From Macrostomum hystrix (lineage: Eukaryota > Animalia > Platyhelminthes), in contig CATNEN010000005.1 in assembly GCA_950097015.1 (NCBI GenBank), positions 1,426,001-1,490,000 of the forward strand: DNA of 64,000 nucleotides. The letters are read 5' to 3'. A program made the translations under genes and the position numbers. The notes below the pieces were generated by a model. That model had not been told where the DNA came from. It saw nothing but the letters and a program-made list of their open reading frames with translations, and did not search any database. Shown here piece by piece: positions 13,401 through 26,400 of the stretch. Every line of letters begins with the position of its first letter. The first letter of the stretch is position 1.

Positions 13401-14407
13401 CATCAGGGGTAGCAGGGGTGGTGGGGTAGCAGGGGCCATCAGATTAGCGAGTTTAAAAAAATATGTCTATCCAGACGCAAATGTATTTGATCTTCAAGGG
13501 CAATACATTTCGAAGGTCCCAGCGAAAAAAGTAAATTTCTATGTGCATCCGTTTAACAAAGACATCGCTTAGAAAAGTGGCCTTTAATAAAATTTACAGT
13601 CTTTAAGTGTCGCGTCCTTCTACTCTAGTAGTCCTTGCAAATAACTACTAATTTTGACTACTAACTAAACTTTTCCGTTTAGCTTCCAGTGCAGATGCTG
13701 CTATATAGGGGTCCTTTGACTAAACCCTTCTCACACCGAGCCAAACTAACGGCCGTTTAATTTATCGATCCTTCCAAACCAAAAATATTTGTCAGTCATT
13801 TAACACCCACCCCATTCCCAAAACCCCATATTCGCGTGCGATTCGCTGTGATTCATTTAATGACACCCACCCCATTTCCCAAACCCCATAATCGCGTGTC
13901 CTCTCTGTCTTGAGGCTCCTGGCTTGCCTATTATGGTGTCCTGCATATCACACCATCTATTTAACACAAGACCAGAACAAAGACGCTCGTTCAGTGGACT
14001 TAGACAGTGGACTTGTTGATTCTACTAAGAAAGAAAATTGTTTATCGAATCTAATAAACTTTAGTCCATCTTTATTTTTATAACGTTGAGCTTTGCAAAG
14101 ACTATCTGAGATTGAGAAAAACAGAAGAACTCTGAGAAGAACATATTCTCATCGCATTCTCCCTAACTCTCCTCTTTATTAAAGACCAAGGAACAACTAA
14201 ACATCATTATTTCGTTTCTTTTATTAAAAATGGCTAATTTTGTTGACTATATTATTGACTATTTTCGTATTGTGGATTGTTCATATTGTTCATTGTTTAA
14301 TTCGGGCAGACAGGAGGGAGTGAGGGGCAGAGAGGAGAGAATTGAGATCATGGGATTAGAATTGAGATCATGGGATTGGAAAGGGGATCGTGGGATTGGA
14401 AAGTGGT

Positions 14408-14690
14408 CAGTGCCCTCCTTACTAGAAAGGGGCCAGTTCCCTCCCTGCTAGAGTGATCAGTGCCCTCCCTGCTAGAAGGGGTCAGCGCCCTCCCTGCTAG
14501 AGAGGGGTCAGTGCCCTCCCTGCTAGAGAGGGGCCAGTTCCCTCCCTGCTAGAGAGGGGTCAGTGCCCTCCCTGCTAGAGGGGCCAGTTCCCTCCCTGCT
14601 AGAGTGATCAGTGCCCTCCCTGCTAGAGTGATCAGTGCCCTCCCTGCTAGAGGGGTCAGTGCCCCTATGTTATAGAGGGGACCAGTGCCC
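14408..14690. repeat. 23-27-bp minisatellite with core cagtgccctccctgctagag, about 11 copies
   Basis: Direct reading. Confidence 0.85.
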
Positions 14691-17417
14691 TCAGGCAAGC
14701 AGGCAGGCAGGCAGGCAGGCAGACAGACAGGTAGACAGACAGGACAGGAGCAGATATCTACCCCATACTTTACTTGTATGGCTTACTAAATCTAGCCCAA
14801 ATCTACCAAACCCAACCCCACCCAATGCAGCCTCCTCTCCACTCCGCCCTAGCTCTCCACCCTCTAAGCTTCTACTCTTCTACTTACACTTCCACTTCTT
14901 CCATGTGTTCATAAGCCATGACCCATGTGCTCAAATCTCTATCTGGCCTACAAGATAAAAATGGTTACCAACCCTGTCCTAATAGGTCAGTGTCCATAGA
15001 TCTTATATTCCCTAGATAACCTACTCCCCATTCAAGCAATGTGAAAAATGTGATCCCACCAAAAACATTTAATAAACCTGACCATGTCCATGCTCACTCA
15101 GAGCTCAAGTTCAGTAGCTATGGGACATAGGCAGTTATTTTTGTTTGGATGGCATTAAAAAGATGTAGCAGAAATTTTTTTAGTTGCCAATGTTTCCTAC
15201 CTGTGTGAGCTATGCTCAGCAGCAAATAGATGGTGCCAGACATTAAACTCATGTAGCTGCTGCATGAGGGGCTGCGGCACCCAAGTGCCACAGGGCCACA
15301 GGGATCCTTTTCCCTTCCTCCCATTCCTATTCACTCACATTTCTATCCTTCTAGCTTACATAGAATTGTAGTCTACACTTTGACAGCACTTCATATGGCA
15401 AAATAAGATAAAACCACTCACTCACTCCAGTTGTAAAACCGAATACCAACTTCTCCATTTGGTTTGAAGATACTGAAAATCATTGTTCGGTTTTAGATAA
15501 AAAGCAGTAATAACTTTTTTTTATTTGACAAAATAGCAAAAGCAGACACTTTTTAGAAAGATGTAACTGTTTTCTATAACTTGGCTTTTGATTTATCATC
15601 ATATCTTAAATAGAAAATCTGTAGCTTAGGTTTGAAGTAAAAAAAATACACATTCTTGTTGGGTTGATGATACATTACCCTATAGATGACAGATATTAGA
15701 CTTTGGTTCCAATTTTCTTATTTCTTCCCCTCAATTTTATTAGATCTTTTATTTAAAAGCACAATTCTTTTAAATATGTGACCTATGAAGTGGGTGCAAA
15801 TTGGCAAGTATACCATACTGACCATACCATTTTTGGAATTGGATATACATTAGTCAATTAGTTTACATTGGATTACTTATTCCACTAATTATCAATTCAA
15901 TCATAGAATTAAGCCCTACAGAATTTTCTTAGAGCTACAGAAAAAAGGCCAAACTGCAATGGCAACACTAGTCCTTGATCCTAGGCTCCCAGCTCATAGA
16001 TCCCATATCCCAGTAGTTGCTTGGTAATCTTAATAAGAATTTATATTCCTGGGTCCCAATTTCATTTAGAATAATTCATTGTTTCTATACAATTATGACA
16101 AGTTGCCAGCCAATAAGCTATGCATATAGACTAATGGACCCAATATACAGGTTTTTATTCTAATTTTAAGACTTGTTAAGATAAGCATAAACTCTGTAGC
16201 CTATGTAAAAAGGCTTGGATAGCTCACTATTTATAATACACTGAAACTTAATACTCTTAGAGGTCTACATTTTAATACATAAATGGAATGTGGGTGCATT
16301 CATTTAGTGATGATCATAGCAGGTCACATATTAGCTATGAGCCGAGCTGACAAGTTAGGACAGTGGCACTGGGTTGAGAGCAGTAGATTCATATTGTTTG
16401 AGTTAAACACTTCGAATGTGCAAGTCAAACATAAAACAAACAACAGACTCATACTACCTCCCCAAGCCTGTGATTAGCAGTAACACTTGTCCAGCTCTGC
16501 ACATTACTTCATATTGTATTCTGCTAAATTTCAATATTCTCCGCTTTCACATTATGCCTCGCTTTTATACTGTGAAACAAGCTATTTATAACTTGACGTA
16601 CCCTTGTTCTCAAAGAAAATGACCGCGAAACGTTAATTTAAATGGTCCCTCATAACATACAGTGCAGAAACCATCTTTCCTAGAAAGCAAGTCGTTTCAT
16701 AACGTAACTGTTGTTGCTCGGTCGTATAAAATCTCATTCGAATTATGACTTTCCAATGCTCATTTAAATGGGCCAACTTTTCTACAGAGCATGCTTTAGG
16801 ACACATTATTGTTATTGCTTACTTATAAAAAACTTTCGCTCGGGGAAACTGTTAACTTTCATTGCCTCCCAATCATCATTCTAATTTTCGAAATTATTCC
16901 TTTAATCCTACTTCTAAGTTGGAATTCTATTTTCCTAATTGAAATTTTCTCCTAATTTTAAATTTCATTTAAAGCATTTAATGCATTGTTGCAGAATGGA
17001 TGCTCCGCCACCGCCGCCGCCGCCGCCGCCGCCAGTCCCGCCGCCGCCAGTCGCTGCTGAAAGACGGCGAATACGGCGGCTACGATCCGGAAATCTGCGG
17101 ATCAGAAGGCCCTAATAATATATTCTCTTATTAAAAAAGTAAAATTTAACTACTTTACAGTATTTTAGGTGTTAATCAAAGCAAATTTCTTTTTTCTGCT
17201 CCTGGTGCAACTACATTTGGTATGAGGGTCCTACTTTTACATCAAGTCATTTCTTTAGTTACTACAAAAGTACCATCTACTACAACTGATACAGGAAAGC
17301 ATATGACAACTCTGACACCAGTCCCAGTATATTATGGCAACAGTTCAAATGACATACTGCATTTCTATGTGCATATTGCCCTTATTTTCACATTGTTTGC
17401 TATAGCAACAGCAATAT

Positions 17418-17618
17418 TTGGATTTTCCATTTATTATTTGGCATGTGGCAAGTCTTCATGTGACAAGAGACAAATCTCCCCTGTCTGATTACTTGACAAA
17501 CTGTTGATCAATGTTGGATTTTCCATTTATTATTTGGCATGTGGCAAGTCTTCATGTGACAAGAGACAAATCTTCCCTGTCTGATTACTTGACAAACTGT
17601 TGATCAATGTTGGATTTT
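17418..17618. repeat. 96-bp tandem duplication (two copies plus a stub)
   Basis: ttggatttt restarts at 17418, 17514 and 17610 with near-identical sequence between. Confidence 0.85.
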
Positions 17619-18052
17619 ACAACTGAAATAAATATTGTACTAAGCTGATTCACTATATTAATGTATGATATTGCCAAATTTATCCATTTATAATTGCCCC
17701 AGTCATTGTTACAAAGTCATGGCATGTTAGTATACATTGGGCACACGATAATTTCTCGACTTTCCAACAATCAGTTCACAGATCTCGCATGTGAAGGTGA
17801 AAGTTGTGTCGCGCACGCAATCAGTGCTTTGAATATTTGGCTTAATCTTTGGGCCCAGCTGTATGTTGCTATTGCTACAATAGTAAATAAAAAGGAGCCT
17901 ATTTTTGGATAATTTTGTTGCCTTCTATCTTCTTTCCTTTGCTAACAGCGAAGCTACGGAGTCATTTTATCGCATTACTTCATTCACTTTGATTTGACAT
18001 TAATAATACGTTGTGCTAAAGCCTGCACCATTCCAGGATTAACCTGTGTCTG

Positions 18053-18760
18053 ATGGCAGACTCCGGAAGACCTGATCCTGCTGAGCTATGCCGAGGTGCG
18101 GCTCAAGACAAGTTTCTGATCGTCACCGACTGGCTGCCGCAGCTGCTGCGGCAGGAGAACGGCAGCCGAATATTCGTTATCGACAACGACATCGAGCCGG
18201 TGCCCCAGCTGGAGTGTTTCGGCTTTGACCTCGTGAGATGCGCGTCCGGCACCGCGTTCCTGGTTTACGATGTCGATGATGATGGCGAAGAAGACTTCAT
18301 GTTCGACTACGGCTACTGGCATTGGTAGCTGAAGAATTCTGGCATGCTCAGACAGTTCAGTGCGCTGCATGGTTGCTGTTCAGGCAAGTTGAATCACAGC
18401 GATCCACCCGGCCTTTTGCCACCCATATAGGGCTTGCAACTTTTCCTGCTTGGCATGGTACCTGTTCGACATTAAGCCCGTACTCACCTGCCCTACTCAA
18501 ACAGGCCTACCGACACGTATGGCCGTCATCAGACGCATAAACGGGCTCTCAAACTTGGTTGTCAACTTGTACAATCCATCAGCTCCAGGCTTGTCCCGTC
18601 AGGACCTGCTACAGGAGCTGCTGCAGACCAACCTGATCACGGAGCTGCGCTCGAAACCGGAGGTCAAGCGAATGGGCCTGGACGTCTGCTGCCTGGGTTG
18701 GCGGCTTCGGTGGCGGAGGCGGCGTCGCAGCAGAAGCGGCGGTGGCGCCACCGGAAGACG
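18053..18760 (+). pseudogene. GC-rich, coding-like orphan segment broken across frames
   Basis: Consecutive protein-like ORFs 18053-18328, 18322-18540 and 18450-18845 lie in different frames within a GC island flanked by AT-rich DNA. No family recognised. Confidence 0.3.
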
Positions 18761-19014
18761 GTTAATTTTAGCGCTCTTAAACTTAACGCTTCACAGCACA
18801 TTGTATTGCATGTGCAAAGTGACCTGCAAAAAATTTGCTAGTTGAAAGAAATGTGTCCAAATTTTGGGCTTACTGGTATTAATTTTAGCGATCTTAAACT
18901 TAACGCTTCACAGCACCCACACAAAAGTAGGTGCAGAGTGACTTTACAAGGCAGCGCTTGACTTCAATTAAAAACACAAGTAACGGTGGAATCATCAGTA
19001 CACTGGTTGGATAC

Positions 19015-20278
19015 TTAATCGGAGTCGCTATCAGAAGACTCCGAATCTTCTGAAGCAACCGCTTCATTAGCGCTCTGACTCAGTGTGCTGAGGGAGAACT
19101 TATTCGCAAGAAGATATTTTACAGCATCAGTCACGCTTTTACTTGCAACATCTTCAAGCAGTCTTCTAAACAATTCCCGAAATTGAGCGGCTAAGCCCGG
19201 CTGATTCGCTAAGTCATCACAGAGGCTCTGCAAATTAACCTGAAGGTCAACCCACTCATCTGAAATAATATGCGCTTCTTCTTTTAGGCGTTTATATTTG
19301 TTACTGACGTCTATAGCCCGCTGACGAAATCGGATGGAAAGGTCGGTTCCAGACAAATGTTCATATTTCGCACTACGCGGTTTTTTATATTCATCGAAAG
19401 AAGCTCTGTCTTCAATTGGAAGACGAGCGTAGAGTTTTTTCATGTCGGATGCATAACTTTTAACCTTTCGCAAGCACATTCTGGTTTGACTTTGGCCAAC
19501 TGACTTACCAACCTGTTTACTCCAATGATCTCTGTGCACTGCAAGAGCGCGTAGCTCACATAGGATATCATCTTCCGAGTTGTGTACAGCTACTCGGAGG
19601 GAATCTTCATACCATTGGGAGCCTAAATCCAAAATTTCATCATCAGAGATGACCAGACTGTCATTTAGGACCCCCGAGTGCTGCAAAATCGCAGACTGGC
19701 TTTGTAGCTCTTTTAGTTCACTTAGAATGCTTTTTCCCGCACCTACCATAAGCTTAATACGTTGTGTAAACCACCCAGAAGCGCTAAGAAGCTGTTGTGC
19801 ATTAAAGAAGTATAGAATATGCGCCATGTATTGTGCTCGTCGGTCTTTTCGCATGTACTTTAAAAACTTACCGAACGGCCTGAGTTGAGACCAGGCTCGC
19901 TCAGTATTCTCTCCATCGCATAGACCTGCGCCTGGAGTAACGCGAACAGAAAACTTTTTTTGACAACTGGGCAGGTGACCAAGAGCATGAAAAGCGTTTA
20001 TTGCACAGCTACTCGCTTGAATGTTGGCACCAGACTTCGCAATAGCGGACGTAACCCGGCTGGATACGCGACAGCCTGTGAATTGGGATAAAGAGTAAGT
20101 CATGTTGTCATATAACTGTACACAAGCAACAGTATTTCATAGATTGTACATGCATTTTATAAAATAATAATAAACTTACCCACGTCATATACGACAAGTA
20201 ATTCCTTAGACACTCACGTTTCGCAGAAAGTGTTCAAGGCACTGTTCCAGGTAGCAAAACTTTTCTCCACCAGTTGTG
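19015..20278 (-). pseudogene. KDZ transposase, C-terminal part, with one GT-AG intron at 20076-20179
   Basis: After the LINE the frame reads NITTGGEKFCYL, then LLVVYDV G|gtaag...cacag|GC TGT rebuilds YDVGC. Downstream are NAFHALGHLPSCQKKFSVR and GAGLCDGENTERAWSQL, hallmark KDZ motifs. There is one extra nucleotide near 20210-20220. Confidence 0.85.
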
Positions 20279-20384
20279 ATATTTGAGCCACTTGACTTAC
20301 TTGACTTAGCTGCAGGGGGCATCTTCCGGATGCAGCGGGGAGGCGTTGCCGCCCATTCCGCTAGCCCCTGGCGACCACGGGCAA

Positions 20385-23300
20385 CTAGAGCTGCGGTGTC
20401 GCGCAGGGGGATCCGGTGGTGCCGGCGTCCGCAGCGCGGTCCTCCTCCGGAGTGTCCAGGAGGTGGAGGGTTGCTCGCCCGGTGGCCCTCAGGTATCGGA
20501 CGAGCTGGCAGATGTTCTCAGGCCTGAAAACGTCGGGGAGATCCGGGTTTGGGCCGAGATAGGTGAGCCGGTCCTGAGTGAAGGCGGGGCAGTCGCAAAT
20601 AAAATGCTCTGCATCCTCAACATAGGAGAGGCAGAAGGGGCATTCCTCACTGCGGATTTTTCCTTGCAGGAAGCGGTGCCTGGCGAAACAGCCATGGCCA
20701 GAGAGGGCCATGGTGACTGCCCTGATGTCCTTGCGGTTCAGTCCAAGCAAGGCTTTGCGAAGGGCAGTGGAGGGACAAGGGACAGCAGCGCGAGACTGCC
20801 GACAATCGGCGGTATTGATCCATCTGTCCTTGTGCTTTGAGGTCACCCACTGGTTAATCCGAGTGTTGACGACGGCGGTAGGGGTGGAGACCGCAGGCAC
20901 GGGGCCAAAAAGCGAACCCGTCGAACCGGCCTTGGCGAGGCTGTCGGCCAATTCGTTACCAGGGTGGCCAGAGTGCCCTGGAATCCACCTTAGGGACACC
21001 TTGTTGTGGGTCCCTAAGCGGTTGAGTTGCGCGACGCAGTCAAGGACTGTGCGCGAGCAGGTGTGCGTGCGTCCAAGGGCATGGATCGCCGCCTGGCTGT
21101 CCGAGTGGAGGAAGATTTCTGCTCCATGGACGTTTTGGTAGATCAGCTCCAGGGCGCAGGAGCTGATGGCCAGAACTTCGTTCTGGAAAACAGTAGAGTT
21201 TATGCCGGTGTGCTGGGAGAAGGTCGCCACAGTTTTCCCTCCGGACATAATGCAGTAGCCGAAACCAGAGACCGAGTTGATTTGCGATCCGTCGGTGAAG
21301 CAGTGAATTTCACGGGGTTGGCCGTGGTCACGTACTTCCTGGCGAGGCGGAATGCTGGTTTTGAATTTTTGCGGTGGGCACAGCGTCGACGGGATTCCGT
21401 CGGAGAGAATTTTGAGACCTCCTGCTGCGTCCAGGTCCCGTAGGCTGAGGTCGCCATGGGGCTGGAGGTTCCGCTTGCTGAAGGCAAGTTGCTTCCGGAT
21501 GGAGATACCCGCGTCCAGAAGACGACGAGCCGTCTTCATCGCCTCCCCCTTGATAAAAAGATCTAAAGGGGGAAGGTCCAGGAAGGCATTCATGCCAGCG
21601 AAGGGAGTGGAGGGTGCCGCACTCATGATGGCTCGACAAGCACGGCCCTGCACCTTGTTTAGGGCCTCCAGGACCCCTTTGGTCTCCAGGGCACTATTCC
21701 AGATGAAGCCGGCAAAAGAGATGGCCGGTCTTACAATGGTAGTGTAAATCCACCAGAGACGGCGGGGGGTGAGGCCCCAGGTGGCGCCGAAGGCTCTGCG
21801 AATCTGCGCGAGCGTCGCAAGAGCTTTACGGGTTTTGAATTTGACGTGAGGTGTCCAGCTCAACCTGTGGTCGAGGATGACACCTAAGCATCTGGTTTGC
21901 TTCTCCATGGCGATTGGTTTGTTATAGAGAAGGAGAGGCTCAATCCTCCAGTTTCGTTTGCTGGTGAACATAATGGCGACGGTCTTGGACTCAGAGAGTT
22001 TGAGGCCGCAGCCATTGGCCCAGCGTTCGGCACGGTGGATGAAAGCTTGCAGAAGGTCTCTAAGGACCGGGGGAGACGGTCCGGCCACGGTGGCGGTGAC
22101 GTCGTCAGCATAGCCGATTTTTTGGACCGGGTCCGGGTCAGGGCTGCAGAGCAGTTCGTCCATGACAAGGTTCCAAAGGATCGGACTGAGAACGCCACCC
22201 TGCGGGCCTCCCTTCTGGACATTCACAGAACGGGAGTGTCCAAGCAGGTGCGAGGTGGCAGTTCGGTGAGAGATCATATACATGATCCAGCGGGTGAGGT
22301 GCTCGTGCGTAGCCCGGCGTTCCAGGGCTCGCCTAAAGGCTCCGAAGAGCACATTGTCGAAGGCACCATCAATGTCGAGGAAAAGCGAGAGAGCAAAACC
22401 GGTGCCAAGCACGGCGCGCTCCAGCTTGTCGACAATGGCATGCAGAGCACTTTCGATGGAACGTCCGGATCGAAAGGCGTGCTGGTTGGCGGAGAGCGGG
22501 GAGTTCCTCAGCTCAACGTGAAGGAGGCGCCAAAGAACAAGCCTTTCAAGCAGCTTAAGAAAGAAAGATGTTAAGCTGATGGGGCGGAAGGCTTTGGCGG
22601 AGTGGTAGTCTCCCTTCCCAGGTTTGGGGATGAAGACGATAGTGGCTTCCTGCCAAGACCTGGGTACGTACCCGAGGGTGATACAGGCCTTGAACAGGTT
22701 GCAAAGGAGGCCGAGGAACCTGTCATTTTTTACCGCTTCATGTAGGAAGGCGGGGTAAATGTTGTCAGGTCCAGGCGACTTAAAAGGCGAGAAGGAGTTA
22801 GCAGCGCGAGCTGTCCGTTCTCTAGTGATAATAGTTGTCGCAAGGATGTGTCCACCCGGAGTGTGGTCCGGCGGGTCCTGAAGCGGCGCAGTCTGGGGGA
22901 AGGCGCTGGCGAGCATGATGTCCAGCGATTCGCCAGGATTCTCAGCAAGCCGGCCGTCCGGTCTTTTGATCACTGAGAGCTTCGACATTTTGTCAAGAGT
23001 GAGCGCTTTTACAACGCGAGAAGTTGGGCGGGCGCCCTCCAGCTCGGAGCAGTATTGGCGCCACTTTTCGGACTTCGCTTTCCTGGTGTCACGCTTAAAG
23101 TCACGAATCGCATTCTGGTAGGCGGTCAGGTCAGCTGGGTCCTTGCTTTTCCGCGCAATCCGCTGGAGGGATTTGGCCTTTCGCCGGAGGGTTCCAAGCG
23201 CTGGGTTCCACCAGGGAGCGGATTTTTTGCCTTTGTAGGCTTTAAGAGGGCAAGAGGTTTCATGAGCTGTCAAGATGGTCATGCTGAGTAGATCAGCCAG

Positions 23301-24089
23301 ATCGTCCACTTCTTGACAGGTGGCAGGAACAACGGATTCTAACTGGTTGGTCTGGCGCTTCACGGATTCCGCAAAGGCCGTCCAGTCAGTATTCCGGGCG
23401 TTCCTTCTCCACAGAATACCAGGCTTGGAGTAGGAGCTTAGCAACCGGAAACGAATGAAGCGATGGTCAGACAGAGATTCCTCTTCGTCCCACACCTGCC
23501 AGTTCCTAATCAGAGGGATCAGGCCCTGAGAGGCGAGGGTGGCGTCAAGGACCTCCGTCCATCGTCCATTGTCAAAGGTGGGTGTGCCACCCGAGTTGCA
23601 GAACTCAATATTTGTGGTGCAGATGTAGGCAAGGAGATCCTCGCCTCTGCAGTTGGAGGTAACACTGCCCCAGTGGGTGTGGTGGGCATTAATGTCGCCT
23701 GCCACCAGCAGCTCAAAGTCGCGGTCTGAGCAGTAGTCCACGAGGGAAGTGAGACTGGGCGGAACCGCAGGACCGTCACCAGGAATGTATATAGAGGCGA
23801 TGATGACGGTGCGGTTCGGGAGAATGTGGTTGGTTTGGATGACACAGAGGTCTTTGTCAGAGAGGTCTGGTCTATACCAAGCTTTAAGATCGGTAGTCGC
23901 GAACACAGCAGCCCTGGGGTTTTGGGGCATGAAAAAACAGTCAAAACCAGCAGGAATGTTCGGAATCTTACCTTTCTTCGTCCAGGGCTCTTGGAGGAGG
24001 ATGATGCCCGGTTTTTCGAAGTCCACCACACGCGCCAGGTTGGTCGAGGCCGCGATGCAGTGGTGCAGGTTCAGCTGCAGGAAGCTCAC
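20385..24089 (-). CDS. LINE ORF2: AP endonuclease, reverse transcriptase, RNase H and CCHC finger (1234 aa, GTG start in the ORF track)
   Basis: APE motifs LQLNLHH, LLQEPW, AGDINAH, LDATL, SDHR; RT motifs [33 protein letters not shown]; RNase H motifs FTDGS, EVLAI, SDSQAA, WIPGH, GNELAD; [14 protein letters not shown]. Confidence 0.95.
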   Translation of the reverse strand: MSFLQLNLHHCIAASTNLARVVDFEKPGIILLQEPWTKKGKIPNIPAGFDCFFMPQNPRAAVFATTDLKAWYRPDLSDKDLCVIQTNHILPNRTVIIASIYIPGDGPAVPPSLTSLVDYCSDRDFELLVAGDINAHHTHWGSVTSNCRGEDLLAYICTTNIEFCNSGGTPTFDNGRWTEVLDATLASQGLIPLIRNWQVWDEEESLSDHRFIRFRLLSSYSKPGILWRRNARNTDWTAFAESVKRQTNQLESVVPATCQEVDDLADLLSMTILTAHETSCPLKAYKGKKSAPWWNPALGTLRRKAKSLQRIARKSKDPADLTAYQNAIRDFKRDTRKAKSEKWRQYCSELEGARPTSRVVKALTLDKMSKLSVIKRPDGRLAENPGESLDIMLASAFPQTAPLQDPPDHTPGGHILATTIITRERTARAANSFSPFKSPGPDNIYPAFLHEAVKNDRFLGLLCNLFKACITLGYVPRSWQEATIVFIPKPGKGDYHSAKAFRPISLTSFFLKLLERLVLWRLLHVELRNSPLSANQHAFRSGRSIESALHAIVDKLERAVLGTGFALSLFLDIDGAFDNVLFGAFRRALERRATHEHLTRWIMYMISHRTATSHLLGHSRSVNVQKGGPQGGVLSPILWNLVMDELLCSPDPDPVQKIGYADDVTATVAGPSPPVLRDLLQAFIHRAERWANGCGLKLSESKTVAIMFTSKRNWRIEPLLLYNKPIAMEKQTRCLGVILDHRLSWTPHVKFKTRKALATLAQIRRAFGATWGLTPRRLWWIYTTIVRPAISFAGFIWNSALETKGVLEALNKVQGRACRAIMSAAPSTPFAGMNAFLDLPPLDLFIKGEAMKTARRLLDAGISIRKQLAFSKRNLQPHGDLSLRDLDAAGGLKILSDGIPSTLCPPQKFKTSIPPRQEVRDHGQPREIHCFTDGSQINSVSGFGYCIMSGGKTVATFSQHTGINSTVFQNEVLAISSCALELIYQNVHGAEIFLHSDSQAAIHALGRTHTCSRTVLDCVAQLNRLGTHNKVSLRWIPGHSGHPGNELADSLAKAGSTGSLFGPVPAVSTPTAVVNTRINQWVTSKHKDRWINTADCRQSRAAVPCPSTALRKALLGLNRKDIRAVTMALSGHGCFARHRFLQGKIRSEECPFCLSYVEDAEHFICDCPAFTQDRLTYLGPNPDLPDVFRPENICQLVRYLRATGRATLHLLDTPEEDRAADAGTTGSPCATPQL

Positions 24090-24124
24090 CCCAGGAGGGG
24101 CGGTCCGTGCGGCTATCTGCTGGC

Positions 24125-25612
24125 CTACGGCGAGTTGTTCAGGAGCGATTCCTCGTCCTCGCCGGTGTTTTGCCCGAGCTCCATCGGTTCCTCCTGAATC
24201 GGATCCAGAGTTGAGGCCGGGGCTGCCGCAACAGCGGCGTCCGTGTCCTCAACCCGGTTTTCCGCTGGGGGTTCCGATGAAACATTGGGCCGGGTGGTGC
24301 TGCGGTGGCGTCCACTGTTGGGGTCCGACAGCTGTCTGGCGCGCTGAGTCAAGCCAGCACGGATGGTGTTGCGGGCGGGTTTCCGGCCCTTACCACGTCC
24401 GCCTGTCGTTGCGGCTCGCGCGGCTTTGCCCCTGATAGGGTCCGCATCCTCGGAGTGGTCGTGACGATCAGGAGTCTGTGTTCCAGGGCGCAGGGGCCCG
24501 GCAGAGCTCTGGTTCGTCCGTTTCCGCTTTTCCGGGGGCGGCGGGCGAGTGGCGTCGGACTCGAAGCTGAAAATCTGCATTCGAGTGAGGCCTGCACTGA
24601 TGTAGGACATGTCTGGGCAGCGGAGCATCCAGCTGTCCGACAATCCTAGGATGGCCGTGAAACCGTCTCCACCAGGTCTGGTGATGGTTTCATGAACCAC
24701 GACACCGTTTGCTGGCAGATCCGGGTGGATTGCCAACAGCAGGCGGCGCAGTTCTCCGGCGTTGGTGATGGCGCTGCGAGCTGGAATCCAGACACGATGA
24801 CGGTGTGTCTGGGGGCGCTCGTCCTCCCTGTAGATAAACAGGTTGCCCATTTCCGTGCCCCAGTCGAAGGATTTCAGCATCTCGAGGAGTTGCTGTCCGG
24901 ACTGGTTGTCGGCAGGCTGGACAATGAGGGCTTGGTCCTGGATGTCGGTCTTCAGGACGTGCAGTACAGTGCCGCTCAGTGCCAGTTTGACCAGATGGGA
25001 GTCCAATCTGCGCCAGATCTGGTCGAGTTGCGCTGTTGTGAGGGGCATCTCCTGGCCTCGGATAACCAAGGCCGGCTGCCTCTTTGCCATAGCAGCGTAA
25101 GTGCGCTTTGGCCTTGTGGTTTGGCCGGCGCCTCCCGCAACGGGCCCCCCAGCAGTCGTCGGAGTTTCCGGATGACTGTGAGAGGTTCCGCCGCGAGAGG
25201 AACCGGATGCCCCAGAGGCCTGGGCGGCACTTTTCCGCGCTTCCGGATTTCCCGGACGGCGCGAGGAGTCCGCCTCCTTGTTGGGTGCCGGTTCCTCCGC
25301 GATGTTCGCAGAGTTGCCGGCCCCCTCCTCGGGGGCGGTGGTTGGCGCGGATTTCGCAGCCAACCGTACTTCCTGTTTTCGCCGCCGGAATTCCTGGAGG
25401 CGGGCGAGGCTGCGGGCTTGCGTGGAAGGGGAGCGTTTGCTCTTTGATCCAGCCGCTCTGGTGTTTTCCTGAGTGGCGGAGGAGCAGGATGAATTTTGGG
25501 CGCCGGTGGAACCGGTGTCGCCCTGGCGCTGGTCCTGAGGATCTGCGTCGCCGGCCGGGGTCGGCGTTTCAGCAGGGTCCTGGGACGTGCTGGAGCTGTA
25601 GTGGGACTCCAT
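24125..25612 (-). CDS. LINE ORF1 (495 aa), low-complexity ends, no CCHC knuckle; central domain resembles the ORF1 of LOA-type elements
   Basis: ATG-to-TAG ORF directly upstream of ORF2 on the same strand and inside the TSDs. Confidence 0.85.
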   Translation of the reverse strand: MESHYSSSTSQDPAETPTPAGDADPQDQRQGDTGSTGAQNSSCSSATQENTRAAGSKSKRSPSTQARSLARLQEFRRRKQEVRLAAKSAPTTAPEEGAGNSANIAEEPAPNKEADSSRRPGNPEARKSAAQASGASGSSRGGTSHSHPETPTTAGGPVAGGAGQTTRPKRTYAAMAKRQPALVIRGQEMPLTTAQLDQIWRRLDSHLVKLALSGTVLHVLKTDIQDQALIVQPADNQSGQQLLEMLKSFDWGTEMGNLFIYREDERPQTHRHRVWIPARSAITNAGELRRLLLAIHPDLPANGVVVHETITRPGGDGFTAILGLSDSWMLRCPDMSYISAGLTRMQIFSFESDATRPPPPEKRKRTNQSSAGPLRPGTQTPDRHDHSEDADPIRGKAARAATTGGRGKGRKPARNTIRAGLTQRARQLSDPNSGRHRSTTRPNVSSEPPAENRVEDTDAAVAAAPASTLDPIQEEPMELGQNTGEDEESLLNNSP

Positions 25613-25738
25613 AGGTCGCTGGAAAAAGAGAAAGAAGAGAATAAAAATAAAAACCGCTAATGGCCGGATAGACTCCCCGGACCTTTCAGCCCCTCAGCGC
25701 GGTGAGACCTTAGGCATAAGAGGACACCTAAAGCAGTG

Positions 25739-26400
25739 CCAGGCCCGCAGACTGGCTGCGTACCCTGTTGAGGTCGAAGGGTGACACCTGTCCCTCAGAG
25801 CCGTAGCCAGAGGTACCTGATCACGCACAGGTGCACGAGCGCTGCGGACTGGCCGCATACCCTGTTAAGGTCAAAGGGTGACACCCTTCCCTCAGAGCCG
25901 TAGCCAGAGGTACCTGATCACGCACAGGTGCGCGAGACGCTGCGGACTGGCCGCATACCCTGTTAAGGTCAAAGGGTGACACCTTTCCCTCAGAGCCGTA
26001 GCCAGAGGCACCTGATCACGCACAGGTGCACGAAAACTGCGGACTGGCCGCATACCCTGTTAAGGTCAAAGGGTGACACCTTTCCCTCAGAGCCGTAGCC
26101 AGAGGTACCTGATCACGCACAGGTGCGCGAGACGCTGCGGACTGGCCGCATACCCTGTCAAGGTCAAAGGGTAACACCTCTCCCTCAGAGCCGTAGCCAG
26201 AGGTACCTGATCACGCACAGGTGCGCGAGACGCTGCGGACTGGCCGCATACCCTGTCAAGGTCAAAGGGTAACACCTCTCCCTCAGAGCCGTAGCCAGAG
26301 GTACCTGATCACGCACAGGTGCACGAAAGCTGCGGACTCGCCGCATACCCTGTTAAGGTCAAAGGGTGACACCTTTCCCTCCAGCCAGGGCTAGAGGTAC
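25739..26400 (-). repeat. Array of about 6.7 monomers of 97-98 bp in the LINE 5' UTR
   Basis: The hairpin marker (t/c)gc(g/a)gact(g/c)gc(c/t)gc(a/g) starts at 25746, 25843, 25941, 26038, 26136, 26234 and 26331. Confidence 0.95.

Noticed and set aside
20276-25614. Numerous plus-strand ORFs antisense to the LINE
   Set aside because: They are shadow ORFs of GC-rich coding sequence with no independent motifs.
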